Source: Thermodesulfobacteriota bacterium (lineage in GTDB: Bacteria; Desulfobacterota_D; UBA1144; Nemesobacterales; UBA2774). Taken from it: a stretch of 64,000 nt of DNA. Positions within the stretch are counted from its first letter, which is position 1. Each line of letters opens with the position of its first letter. The translations under genes were made by a program, and so were the position numbers. Positions 11,000 to 20,937 of this stretch are shown in pieces. A model generated the notes under the pieces. It searched no databases. It saw only the letters and a program-made list of their open reading frames with translations, and had not been told where the DNA came from. The DNA lies in assembly GCA_963422265.1 (NCBI GenBank), contig OY729416.1:1719596-1783595 (forward strand), given 5' to 3'.

Positions 11000-11290
11000 T
11001 GTTGCGGGGGGATTTATGTAAGGAAGGGACTCTCGTTCCCTGATGCCTATCAAATCCCCCTGTATCCCCCTTTTCTAAAGGGGGAGAAGAAGATATTTCC
11101 CTCCTTTTGTAAAGGAGGGATAGGGTGGATTTTCTTTTTGTTTGTAGGAGGGGGACCCTAGCGCTGTCCTGAGTGGTCAGTGCGACATTCTGAGTTTACT
11201 GAAGGGGGCATAACCGCATTGCGCGCCGGGGGGTTAGGGAACGAGAATATTGCCTTATCCTCCCCCATCCCATCTGGATTCCTGCTTTCG
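11000..11290 (+). repeat. Composite palindromic repeat cluster
   Basis: Hairpin modules; 11180-11415 is nearly identical to 15432-15659. Confidence 0.85.
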
Positions 11291-11415
11291 CTTTATCCTT
11301 CTAAACCCGTTATATCAGCATTTCTGTAGCTATTTATAAAGCAACTTGCTTGTTTGTTTATATTAGTTCGTGTAAAAATTAACTATATAGCAAGTATATT
11401 AAGGAGATAACAATT

Positions 11416-12069
11416 ATCTATAAGCAAGCATCCATCTGTCTTATAGGAATTCTTTTACTCACAGTTAGCCTATCAACCTCCTCTAGGGCGCAAGGGGCGC
11501 CGCAAGGACTTGCGGCGACACCTGGAAACAAAAAGGTGGAGTTGGAATGGGAGTATCCTGATGACGACAACATCGTTAGTTACGAGTTAAAGTGGTGGAC
11601 TGATCCCGATTCTACTAAGTATAGCCATTACCAAGTCTGGGAGGGCATTCCGGAAAGTAATAAGAACACGACCACGTACACGGTGAGGGATCTGTGGGAC
11701 GACGGCGTGTGGTATGGATTCCGCATCCGTGCGGTGTATGGCGGCGATGTTAAGGGACATCCGTCCGAGATCGTCCGCGCGACGCCAACTTCGACGCCGG
11801 TTTTGCCACCAGATAAGACTAAGGAGCAGGATTCACCTCACCCCCCCCCCCCCCCCACAATGAACGATAGCGGAAGCAGCGGGGGCTGCGCTCTTATTGG
11901 TGTAGGTGTAGAAGGAGAGGGTGAAGAAGGCGCTGGATTTTTAGCTATTTTATTTTTATTAGCGCTAATCCCCTCAGTTCGTATTTATAGGTCGAGGGTA
12001 GGCGGCTCACAAGCAGCCCCTGTTGTAGGGGTAATTACCTGTATCCCTCTCCCAGGGGGGAGCATGTAA
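11416..12069 (+). CDS. Single-FN3-domain surface protein, copy 1 (start codon ATG>ATC; possibly silent)
   Basis: Paralog of 15660 and 16799; AAGGAG RBS followed by ATC TAT AAG where the paralogs have ATG TAT AAG; frame open to 12069; FN3 pattern (L.W..P, YTV..L, YGFRI.A). Confidence 0.75.
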   Translation: MYKQASICLIGILLLTVSLSTSSRAQGAPQGLAATPGNKKVELEWEYPDDDNIVSYELKWWTDPDSTKYSHYQVWEGIPESNKNTTTYTVRDLWDDGVWYGFRIRAVYGGDVKGHPSEIVRATPTSTPVLPPDKTKEQDSPHPPPPPTMNDSGSSGGCALIGVGVEGEGEEGAGFLAILFLLALIPSVRIYRSRVGGSQAAPVVGVITCIPLPGGSM

Positions 12070-12370
12070 GGAAGGGGTTACGTTCCCTGCTGTCTATCAA
12101 ATCCCCCTATATCCCCCTTTTCTAAAGGGGGGAATATGTGAGGAAGGGGTTACGTTCCCTGCTGTCTATCAAATCCCCCTATATCCCCCTTTTCTAAAGG
12201 GGGAGTGTATGAGGAATGTTTTCGTTCCTCGATGTCTATCGAATCCCCCTGTATCCCCCTTTTCTAAAGGGGGAGTATATGAGGAATGTTTTCGCTCCTC
12301 GACCCTCTTACTGTATGCCCGCTCGGGGACAGGAGTGACGGTGGGAGGGTATTACGGGGAGGAGTGAACA
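12025..12370 (+). repeat. Three ~70-bp hairpin units plus flanking modules
   Basis: Three copies of CTATC(A/G)AATCCCCCT.TATCCCCCTTTTCTAAAGGGGG. Confidence 0.9.
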
Positions 12371-12448
12371 ACGGTGGGTGTATATCTACCTGACGTATTC
12401 TCTAACGTAGCCTTGCACCCATGCTAAAATCGTCTATCCTTTTAGGCT

Positions 12449-13414
12449 ATGTATGACGCGCGGACGACGAGGGAAACTAAAAAGGAACCTAGAAGGAAAC
12501 CTGATTGGATTAAGGCTCAAATTCCATCGGGTCCTAACTACAAGCGTCTAAAAAATCTGACGAGAGCTCTCGGTCTCCACACGGTTTGTGAAGAGGCTAA
12601 GTGTCCCAATATAGGCGAGTGTTGGGGGGCGGGCACGCTGACGTTTATGATACTAGGTGATACCTGCACTAGAAGCTGCGGATTTTGTCACATTAAAACG
12701 GGTAGGGGGGGCGAGATTGACTGGGATGAGCCGTTAAGGGTTGCCCAAGCCGTTAGCAAGCTGGCTGAGTGTAACGCTAGCGTGAGCCACGTTGTAATAA
12801 CGTCCGTGAATAGAGATGATAGGAACTACGAGAGCGCGTGCGTTTTTGCTGAAACGATAAGAAAGGTAAGGGAATATAACCGCGATGTGAGGATTGAGGT
12901 TTTGATCCCCGATTTCAAGGGGGATGCAAAAGCCCTTAAGCAAATTGTGAACGCAGCCCCCGACGTTTTGAACCACAACGTGGAAACGGTGCCGAGATTA
13001 TACCGTCTTCCGCAGGAGGCGACTTCGGGTAAAATCCGCTCTGTGCGCCCGCAGGCGAGGTATGAATGGTCGCTGTCGGTTCTTGAGTGTAGCAAGAAGC
13101 TAGGCGGTAGTAATATGCTCACAAAATCAGGAATTATGGTTGGACTCGGAGAGGAGATAGAAGAGGTGATGGAAACACTTAAAGACATGCGCGACGCGGG
13201 CTGCGACATTGTAACGATAGGGCAGTATCTTCAGCCAACAAAGGATCACATTCCCGTTTCAAAATACTATCACCCTATGGAGTTTGATTCGCTCAGGACT
13301 TATGCGGAGGGCATTCTTGGGTTGCCTCACGTAGAGGCTGGACCACTCGTTCGAAGCTCTTACCATGCCCATAGGCAGGTAGTTAAGCTGGGGCAGGGCG
13401 CAGTGGCGTCTTGA
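12449..13414 (+). CDS. lipA: Lipoyl synthase
   Basis: CEEAKCPNIGEC and CTRSCGFC motifs, NHNVETV, RSSY. Confidence 0.98.
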   Translation: MYDARTTRETKKEPRRKPDWIKAQIPSGPNYKRLKNLTRALGLHTVCEEAKCPNIGECWGAGTLTFMILGDTCTRSCGFCHIKTGRGGEIDWDEPLRVAQAVSKLAECNASVSHVVITSVNRDDRNYESACVFAETIRKVREYNRDVRIEVLIPDFKGDAKALKQIVNAAPDVLNHNVETVPRLYRLPQEATSGKIRSVRPQARYEWSLSVLECSKKLGGSNMLTKSGIMVGLGEEIEEVMETLKDMRDAGCDIVTIGQYLQPTKDHIPVSKYYHPMEFDSLRTYAEGILGLPHVEAGPLVRSSYHAHRQVVKLGQGAVAS

Positions 13415-13474
13415 TTTTGGGCTTGGGCATGACTGTAGTTATTTAAGCGCTTTAGATGATCCCTGGCTTTCCGC

Positions 13475-13503
13475 TTGACAACCCCTTTAGCCTCACACAT
13501 ACT
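13475..13503 (+). promoter_or_regulatory. Putative sigma70 promoter for nuoN
   Basis: TTGACA-17 nt-CATACT. Confidence 0.55.
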
Positions 13504-13559
13504 AGGCTGCGCAAAAGGGTGACTACAAGGGTTGCCCATAAGACCTGAGGCGTCATCCT

Positions 13560-15020
13560 ATGGATCTAAGCCAGCTTTTAAGAAGCACTCTTCTCATAGC
13601 CCCTGAGATAACCGTTATTTTTACAGGCGTTTTGTTGATAGCGATTTGTCCGATAGCAAAGGGATTGCTAAATAAAAGCCTTTTCTGGCTCGCATTAGTT
13701 GGATTATCAGTTGGATTTTGCCTTAACATTAGCAGGTTTGGTGGCGTAGAAGTCGCCTTTGGTGGGGCGCTTTCTCTTGATCAGTTCGCCGCCTTTTTTA
13801 ACTCTATCTTCCTATTTGCCGCAGCGCTTACCATAGTTTTTTCAAGGGATTATCTGTCTAATGCTGGGCGCCCAAACGAGTTTTACGCTTTAATATTGTT
13901 TTCCACTTCGGGGATGATGATATTAGCCTCTGCCAAAGAGTTCATGTCTCTGTTCATGGGTTTTGAGATCATGTCTATCTCAGTTTATATATTATCGGCT
14001 TTTAACAGAAGATCGGTGAGATCCACCGAGTCTGGCGTCAAGTATCTTATACTAGGTGGATTTTCATCCGCCATTCTTCTTTACGGAATAGCTCTTCTCT
14101 ATGGGGCTTCTGGCTCCGTGTATTTAGACCATATATTCAAAGGCTTTGACTTGAGCAATCCTCTATACCTTGCCGGTGGGGCGCTTGTGCTCATTGGTTT
14201 GATCTTTAAGATCGGGGCGTTTCCCCTTCACCAATGGGTGCCAGACGTCTATGAAGGAGCGCCTATGACCGTAGCTGGTTTTATGTCCGTCGGGGTAAAA
14301 GCCGCAGCCTTCGCAGTCTTGCTCAGGGTTGTCTTCGAAGGTTTAGGTCAGATGCAGGCTGACATTACGCCGGTTCTTTGGATAATCGCCGTATTTACAA
14401 TGACGGTTGGGAACTTAGCGGCGATTGCCCAAAGCAGCGTGAAGCGTATGCTTGCCTACTCGAGCATAGCTCACGCGGGTTACGCTCTTGTGGGGGTCGT
14501 GGCGGCAGCGAACGGCGGGAACGCTCTCGCCGTTGGGGGTGTTCTATACTATTTATTTGCTTATGCCTTTATGAACTTAGGAGCTTTTGGCATATTGAGC
14601 TATCTTTCAAAAGACGGCAAGGAGAGCGAGAGCTTTGAAGATATAGCTGGTATTTGGAGGCGAAGGCCTTACGTAGCCCTTGCTCTAGGCGTGTTTATAT
14701 TTTCGCTTGCGGGGATTCCTCCCACAATTGGATTTTTCGCCAAATATAGGGTTTTTCTTTCCGCCGTCCAGTCGGATTTCTACTGGCTAGCGGTAATTGG
14801 TGCGCTGAACAGCGTCGTGTCGGTTTATTACTATTTGAAGGTTCTAGTCTATGCCTATATGAAGGAAGACAAAGCTGCTTTTCCCTCCTTCAGGCTGGGT
14901 TCATCAGCCGCTTTGACGATTCTTGTTTTTGGCTCTCTTTTTCTTGGGGTGTTTTCATTTGCTTCCTGGGATATGGCGATAAGGGCTGCGGGGAGCATCC
15001 TTGTAGCCATCGGCGGGTAA
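13560..15020 (+). CDS. nuoN: NADH-quinone oxidoreductase subunit N
   Basis: Multi-TM; E...KY.ILG, FKIGAFPLHQWVPDVYEGAP, KRMLAYSSIAHAGY, SLAGIPPT.GF..K. Confidence 0.95.
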   Translation: MDLSQLLRSTLLIAPEITVIFTGVLLIAICPIAKGLLNKSLFWLALVGLSVGFCLNISRFGGVEVAFGGALSLDQFAAFFNSIFLFAAALTIVFSRDYLSNAGRPNEFYALILFSTSGMMILASAKEFMSLFMGFEIMSISVYILSAFNRRSVRSTESGVKYLILGGFSSAILLYGIALLYGASGSVYLDHIFKGFDLSNPLYLAGGALVLIGLIFKIGAFPLHQWVPDVYEGAPMTVAGFMSVGVKAAAFAVLLRVVFEGLGQMQADITPVLWIIAVFTMTVGNLAAIAQSSVKRMLAYSSIAHAGYALVGVVAAANGGNALAVGGVLYYLFAYAFMNLGAFGILSYLSKDGKESESFEDIAGIWRRRPYVALALGVFIFSLAGIPPTIGFFAKYRVFLSAVQSDFYWLAVIGALNSVVSVYYYLKVLVYAYMKEDKAAFPSFRLGSSAALTILVFGSLFLGVFSFASWDMAIRAAGSILVAIGG

Positions 15021-15047
15021 ATAATAAATTTGTAAGGTGGGGAGAAA

Positions 15048-15398
15048 ATGACTGAATTGGATGACTCGCAATTAAGCGAAAAAGCTGAAGAGGTCTTTAA
15101 TAATGTTGTTGCGCCCGCGTTTCGTAATTTGTTAAACGATTATAACGGAGGGGGTTACGGCGTTAAGCTTGTTCCCGATAGCCCCTTGATAACTGGAATT
15201 GATAAATACGCCTCTATAATGATAAGGCATCCGAACGGTGTTGAAATGGTGATCTGCGTTTACTGGATTGCGGGAAGCGACAAGCTTGCGGCGGAGAATA
15301 TGCGCATGGTTACGCTTCGCAAGACCTTTGATCTGTTCACCGTTACGAAGGATGAGCTTGAGGGGCAGGTTAAGTTTTTAGGTGGTATGCGGCGCTAG
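15048..15398 (+). CDS. Hypothetical protein
   Basis: 116-aa ORF with GGAG RBS, co-oriented after nuoN. Confidence 0.7.
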   Translation: MTELDDSQLSEKAEEVFNNVVAPAFRNLLNDYNGGGYGVKLVPDSPLITGIDKYASIMIRHPNGVEMVICVYWIAGSDKLAAENMRMVTLRKTFDLFTVTKDELEGQVKFLGGMRR

Positions 15399-15659
15399 GG
15401 AGGATTTCTTATTTGTGTGTGGGCGATTTGAGCGACATTCTGAGTTTACTGAAGGGCGCATAACCGAATTGCGCGCCGGGGGTTAGGGAACGAGAATATT
15501 GCCTTATCCTCCCCTATCCCCTCTGGATTCTTGCTTTCGCTTTATCCTTCTAAACCCGTTATATCAGCATTGCTGTAGCTATTTATAAGGTAACTTGCTT
15601 GTTTATATTATTCGTGTAAAAATTGATTATATAGCAAGTATATTAAGGAGATAACAATT

Positions 15660-16268
15660 ATGTATAAGCAAGCATCCGTCTGTCTTATAGGGATTCTTTT
15701 ACTCACAGTTAGCTTATCGACCTCCTCTAGGGCGCAGGCGCCGCAAGGACTTGAGGCGCATGCTGGAAACAAAAAGGTGAAGTTGGAATGGGATTATCCT
15801 AATGACGACAACATCGTTAGTTACGCGTTCAGGTTTTGGAGTTATGACGAGGAAACTGGCAGGAACCATGACCAAGTCTATAAGGGCATTCCGGAAAGTG
15901 ATAAGAACACAACCAAGTACACGGTGAGTGGGCTGTACAACGACCTAGAGTATGGATTCCGCATCTGTGCGGAGTATGAGGACGTGGTGTGTGATAAAGA
16001 TGATCCGGGAGTTGTTGAGTCCAATCCCGCCACCGTGACGCCAACTTCGACGTCGGTTTTGCCACCGGATAAGGCTGAGGAGCAAGATTCACCCCTCCCA
16101 ATGAACGATAGCGGAAGCAGCGGGGGCTGCGCTCTTATTGGTGTAGGTGTAGAAGGAGAGGGTGAAGAAGGCGCTGGATTTTTAGCTATTTTATTTTTAT
16201 TAGCGCTAATCCCCTCAGTTCGTATTTATAGGTCGAGGGTAGGCGGCTCAAGCAGCCCCTTGTTGTAG
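15660..16268 (+). CDS. Single-FN3-domain surface protein, copy 2, with C-terminal GGC-TM-basic tail
   Basis: AAGGAG RBS, signal peptide, FN3 pattern, SGSSGGCALIG...FLAILFLLALIPSVRIYRSR. Confidence 0.88.
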   Translation: MYKQASVCLIGILLLTVSLSTSSRAQAPQGLEAHAGNKKVKLEWDYPNDDNIVSYAFRFWSYDEETGRNHDQVYKGIPESDKNTTKYTVSGLYNDLEYGFRICAEYEDVVCDKDDPGVVESNPATVTPTSTSVLPPDKAEEQDSPLPMNDSGSSGGCALIGVGVEGEGEEGAGFLAILFLLALIPSVRIYRSRVGGSSSPLL

Positions 16269-16700
16269 GGGTAATTACCTGTGTCCCTCTCCCAGGGGGA
16301 GAGGGGGAATATAGGGAATGTTTTCATTCCCCGCTGTCTATCAAATCCCCCTGTGTCCCCCTTTATCTAAAGGGGGAGAATATAGGGAATGTTTTTGTTC
16401 CTAGACCCTCTTACTGTATTTCCGCTCGGGGGCAGGAATAATGGAAACACCCTCACCCTGTATCCCTCTCCCAGAGGGAGAGGGGGAAAAGACAAAATTT
16501 CTCGGTTGCGCTTTGTCGTTAGGCAAGCTCAGGAGTTAGAAAGGATATTCCCCTCCTTTTGTAAAGGAGGGATAGGGTGGATTTTCTTTGTGTCTGTAGG
16601 GGGGGGGGGAGGGGAGACCCTAGCAATGTCCTGATCGTGCTGAAGGATGGTTGTTCCAAGTCGTGAAGGTGATGGGCAACCACAAGGGTTACCCCTAATA
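16265..16700 (+). repeat. Composite palindromic repeat cluster between FN3 copies 2 and 3
   Basis: Same modules as 8699-9140. Confidence 0.85.
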
Positions 16701-16798
16701 TCAGCATTTCTGTAGCTATTTATAAAGTAACTTGCTTGTTTATATTATTTCGTTTAAAAATTAACTATATAGCAAGTATATTAAGGAGATAATAATTT

Positions 16799-17557
16799 AT
16801 GTATAAGCAAGCATCCGTCTGTCTTATAGGGATTCTTTTACTCACAGTTAGCTTATCGAACTCCTCTAGGGCGCAGGCGCCGCAAGGACTTGAGGCGAAA
16901 CCTGGAAACGAAAAGGTGAAGTTGGAATGGGATTATCCTAATGACGACAACATCGTTAGTTACGCGTTCAGGTTTTGGAGTTATGACGAGGAAACTGGCA
17001 GGAACCATGACCAAGTCTATAAGGGCATTCCGGAAAGTGATAAGAACACAACCACGTACACGGTGAGTAGGCTGTACAACGACCTAGAGTATGGATTCCG
17101 CATCTGTGCGGTGTATGAGAACGTGGTGTGTGATAAAGATGCTCCGGGATTTGTTGAGTCCGGTCCCGCCTACGCGACACCAACTTCGACGTCGGTTTTG
17201 CCACCGGATAAGGCTGAGGAGCAAGATTCACCACCAGATAGGGCTAATGAGCAGGATTCACCACCGGATAGGGCTAACGAGCAGGATTCACCACCGGATA
17301 GGGCTAACGAGCAGGATTCACCACCGGATAGGGCTAACGAGCAGGATTCACCACCGGATAGGGCTAACGAGCAGGATTCACCCCTCCCAATGAACGATAG
17401 CGGAAGCAGCGGGGGCTGCGCTCTTATTGGTGTAGGTGTAGGCGGAGAGGGTGAAGAAGGCGCTGGATTTTTAGCTATTTTATTTTTATTAGCGCTAATC
17501 CCCTCAGTTCGTATTTATAGGTCGAGGTTAGGCGGCTCAAGCAGCCCCTTGTTGTAG
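16799..17557 (+). CDS. Single-FN3-domain surface protein, copy 3, with tandem-repeat stalk
   Basis: Near-identical to copy 2 plus five extra 30-bp units encoding PPDRANEQDS. Confidence 0.88.
   Translation: MYKQASVCLIGILLLTVSLSNSSRAQAPQGLEAKPGNEKVKLEWDYPNDDNIVSYAFRFWSYDEETGRNHDQVYKGIPESDKNTTTYTVSRLYNDLEYGFRICAVYENVVCDKDAPGFVESGPAYATPTSTSVLPPDKAEEQDSPPDRANEQDSPPDRANEQDSPPDRANEQDSPPDRANEQDSPPDRANEQDSPLPMNDSGSSGGCALIGVGVGGEGEEGAGFLAILFLLALIPSVRIYRSRLGGSSSPLL
17221..17380 (+). repeat. Intragenic 30-bp tandem repeat (5 units)
   Basis: GCAGGATTCACCACCGGATAGGGCTAACGA repeated. Confidence 0.95.
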
Positions 17558-17589
17558 GGGTAATTACCTGTATCCCTCTCCCAGGGGGG

Positions 17590-18790
17590 AGAATATGAGG
17601 AATGTTTTCGTTCCCTGATGCCCTATCAAATCCCCCTATATCCCCCTTTTCTAAAGGGGGAGTATGTGATGAATGTTTTCGTTCCCCGCTGTCTATCAAA
17701 TCCCCCTGTATCTCCCTTTTCTAAAGGGGGGAGAATATGAGGAACGTTTTTCGTTCCCCGCTGTCTATCAAATCCCCCTATATCCCCCTTTTCTAAAGGG
17801 GGAGTGTATGAGGAATGTTTTCGTTCCCCGCTGTCTATCAAATCCCCCTATATCCCCCTTTTCTAAAGGGGGAGTGTATGAGGAATGTTTTCGTTCCCCG
17901 CTGTCTATCAAATCCCCCTATATCCCCCTTTTCTAAAGGGGGAGTGTATGAGGAATGTTTTCGTTCTCCGCTGTCTATCAAATCCCCCTGTATCCCCCTT
18001 TTCTAAAGGGGGAGTGTATGAGGAATGTTTTCGTTCCCCGCTGTCTATCAAATCCCCCTGTATCCCCCTTTTCTAAAGGGGGAGTGTATGAGGAATGTTT
18101 TCGTTCCCCGCTGTCTATCAAATCCCCCTATATCCCCCTTTTCTAAAGGGGGAGTATATAAGGAAGGGGTTCATTCCCCGCTGTCTATCAAATCCCCCTA
18201 TATCCCCCTTTTCTAAAGGGGGAGTGTATGAGGAATGCTTTCGTTCTCCGCTGTCTATCAAATCCCCCTATATCCCCCTTTTCTAAAGGGGGAGTATGTG
18301 ATGAATGTTTTCGTTCCCCGCTGTCTATCAAATCCCCCTGTATCTCCCTTTTCTAAAGGGGGGAGAATATGAGGAACGTTTTTCGTTCCCCGCTGTCTAT
18401 CAAATCCCCCTATATCCCCCTTTTCTAAAGGGGGAGTGTATGAGGAATGTTTTCGTTCCCCGCTGTCTATCAAATCCCCCTGTATCCCCCTTTTCTAAAG
18501 GGGGAGAATATGAGGAAGGGGTTGCGTTCCCCGATGTCTATCAAATCCCCCTGTATCCCCCTTTTCTAAAAGGGGAGTATGTAAGGAAGGGGCTCATTCC
18601 CCGCTGCCCCGTCAAATCCCCCTGTATCCCCCTTTTCTAAAGGGGGAGAATATGAGGAAGGGGTTGCGTTCCCCGATGTTCTATCAAATCCCCCTGTATC
18701 CCCCTTTTCTAAAGGGGGAGTGTATGAGGAAGGGGTTCGTTCCCCGCCCCTCTTACTGTATTCCCGCTCGGGGGCAGGAATGGTAGGGTG
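17590..18790 (+). repeat. Tandem array of 16 units of 70-72 bp
   Basis: AAATCCCCC core at 17628, 17698, 17770, 17840 ... 18614, 18686. Confidence 0.95.
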
Positions 18791-18933
18791 GCGCATCCAT
18801 CTGGAAAGGTGACTGTTTCCTTTTATGATAATGGTTGATAGCGTATAGTATGATAAAATAGCCCTTATCTAATATAGGTTAGGGTCATTTGTCATGACCT
18901 AGTGGGGTGAGCTGGCTTGTTTGGTTACTAACT

Positions 18934-19728
18934 ATGGGAAAGGTTATATGCGTCGCAAATCAGAAGGGGGGGGTTGGAAAGACAACCACGGTGATAAATC
19001 TTGCCGCTTCGTTAGCCGTAGCCGAGAAGAAAACGATGTTTATAGACTTTGATCCTCAGGCTAATGCAACTAGCGGGGTCGGTCTGGATAAATCTAATCT
19101 AAGTCGTCAGACTATATATAATGCAATAATCGGTGCAGTAAGCCTAAGGAACATCGTATTAGAAGTAGAACCTGAGCTGCTTAAAGGCTATCTGTCCATA
19201 GCCCCCGCGAGCCCAGACCTTACAGGGGCGGAAATAGAGCTAATGCACTTTGACGATAGAGAGTGGAAGTTAAGGCAGGTGGTGGAAACGATTTCGGATG
19301 AATACGATTATATCTTTATTGATTGTCCTCCATCGCTTAGCCTGCTGACGGTAAACGCCCTGGTGGCGGCGGATTCGGTTTTGGTTCCGGTGCAATGCGA
19401 GTATTATGCGATGGAAGGGCTTGGACAATTAACGCAGACTCTCTCTCTTGTTAGGCAGAGGCTTAACTCTTCCCTAAGCGTGGAAGGCTATCTGCTAACT
19501 ATGTTTGATTCCAGAAATAAAATCTGCCACACGGTGGTGAGCGAGCTGAGGAATTATTTCGGGAGTGAAGTATTTGACGTTATAATTAATAGAAACGTCC
19601 GGCTTGCTGAGTCTCCAAGCCATGGCAAGCCCGCGTTGCTTTACGACGTTAAATCAGTCGGGGCGCAAAACTATATTGCGCTGGCGCGTGAGATTGTGGC
19701 GAGAAACGCGGGTGGGGTGGTGAATTGA
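18934..19728 (+). CDS. parA: Chromosome partitioning ATPase ParA/Soj
   Basis: NQKGGVGKTTT, D.DPQANAT, DCPPSL, PVQCEYYA, RNVRLAESPSHG. Confidence 0.96.
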   Translation: MGKVICVANQKGGVGKTTTVINLAASLAVAEKKTMFIDFDPQANATSGVGLDKSNLSRQTIYNAIIGAVSLRNIVLEVEPELLKGYLSIAPASPDLTGAEIELMHFDDREWKLRQVVETISDEYDYIFIDCPPSLSLLTVNALVAADSVLVPVQCEYYAMEGLGQLTQTLSLVRQRLNSSLSVEGYLLTMFDSRNKICHTVVSELRNYFGSEVFDVIINRNVRLAESPSHGKPALLYDVKSVGAQNYIALAREIVARNAGGVVN

Positions 19729-20624
19729 AAAAAGCTACTTTGGGTAGAGGGCTTGATGCTTTAATCCCTAAGGAAAACCCGTTCTTGAAGGGGAGCAAGA
19801 ATAAAACGGATGGATACGTCTATGCTAAAATTACCGATATAAGACCCAATCCGAATCAACCTAGAAGAGATTTTGCGGATGAATCGCTTGTAGAGCTTGC
19901 TTTGTCTATCAAGGAGAAAGGGGTTCTACAGCCCTTGGTCGTAAAGCCTGTGGTCGAACCTGATGAAGAAAGAGCTATGGGTGGAGGCGGCGCAAGATAT
20001 GAGATTATAGCGGGCGAGAGAAGATGGAGGGCGGCGCAAAGGGCAGGGGTTGCGAAAGTTCCTATCGTAGTAAAGGAGATTCTCGATGGAGAGGTGCTGG
20101 AGCTTGCTTTGATTGAGAATCTTCAACGTGAAGACCTAAACCCGATGGAAGAGGCTATGGCTTATCAACAGTTGATAGAAGGTTTTGGATTGACCCATGA
20201 TGAAGCCTCTAGACGAATAGGGAAACATAGATCGACGATAACCAATCAGCTAAGACTTCTAAAACTTCCGGACGAGGCAAGGCGCGCATTGATCAACGAA
20301 GAAATAACGGCTGGTCACGCAAGGGCCATGTTGAGCCTTGACTCTCACGAAAAGATTAACGAGGCGCTAGAGATTATACGTAAGCGCGGTCTCTCGGTTA
20401 GGGAGACAGAAAGCCTTGTCAGGAAAATGTCCAGAATCAAAAGAGGCCAAACCAACGACCCTCAAGAGGATAGGCTCATTAAGCGTATTGTAGATGATCT
20501 TAAGAAATCGCTTAGCACACAGGTAAAGATTCTAAATAAAAACGGCAAGGGCAGGATAGAGATAGAGTTTTATTCAGAAGACGAGCTTGAGAGACTTTGC
20601 GGGGTTTTATTGGGCAATTTATAA
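19725..20624 (+). CDS. parB: Chromosome partitioning protein ParB/Spo0J
   Basis: LGRGLDALI, PNPNQPR, IAGERRWRA, ENLQREDLNP. Confidence 0.96.
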   Translation: MKKATLGRGLDALIPKENPFLKGSKNKTDGYVYAKITDIRPNPNQPRRDFADESLVELALSIKEKGVLQPLVVKPVVEPDEERAMGGGGARYEIIAGERRWRAAQRAGVAKVPIVVKEILDGEVLELALIENLQREDLNPMEEAMAYQQLIEGFGLTHDEASRRIGKHRSTITNQLRLLKLPDEARRALINEEITAGHARAMLSLDSHEKINEALEIIRKRGLSVRETESLVRKMSRIKRGQTNDPQEDRLIKRIVDDLKKSLSTQVKILNKNGKGRIEIEFYSEDELERLCGVLLGNL

Positions 20625-20684
20625 AGAGTGTCTCAGTAAAATGCGCTCCTTAGAAAACACCCGATAGAAAACACTCAGCGAAAA

Positions 20685-20936
20685 GTGAAAGACTACAAGG
20701 TTAAGATAGAGATAAAGCTAAAGCCAGTTGTTCTTGATCCACAGGGTAGGGCCGTGCTTACAGCTCTAAGGAACCTCGGCTACGATGAGCTTCAGGACGC
20801 CAGAATCGGCAAGCTAATAGAGCTTAAGGTAAGGGATGATGACCCCAAGAACGTCCGGCTCCGCGTCAACGATATGTGCTCGAAACTGCTTGCTAATCCC
20901 GTAATAGAAGATTTCACGGTAAGGGTAGAAGAGTAG
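20685..20936 (+). CDS. purS: FGAM synthase subunit PurS
   Basis: [16 protein letters not shown]. Confidence 0.95.
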   Translation: MKDYKVKIEIKLKPVVLDPQGRAVLTALRNLGYDELQDARIGKLIELKVRDDDPKNVRLRVNDMCSKLLANPVIEDFTVRVEE

Positions 20937-20937
20937 A

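Noticed and set aside
15660-17557. Diversity-generating retroelement acting on the FN3 genes
   Set aside because: No reverse transcriptase in the window, and differences include G/T, G/C and T/C changes rather than being adenine-restricted
17590-18790. CRISPR array (also considered for 57733-59840)
   Set aside because: The would-be spacers are near-identical variants of one or two sequences, no cas genes are present, and the same unit is scattered through the window
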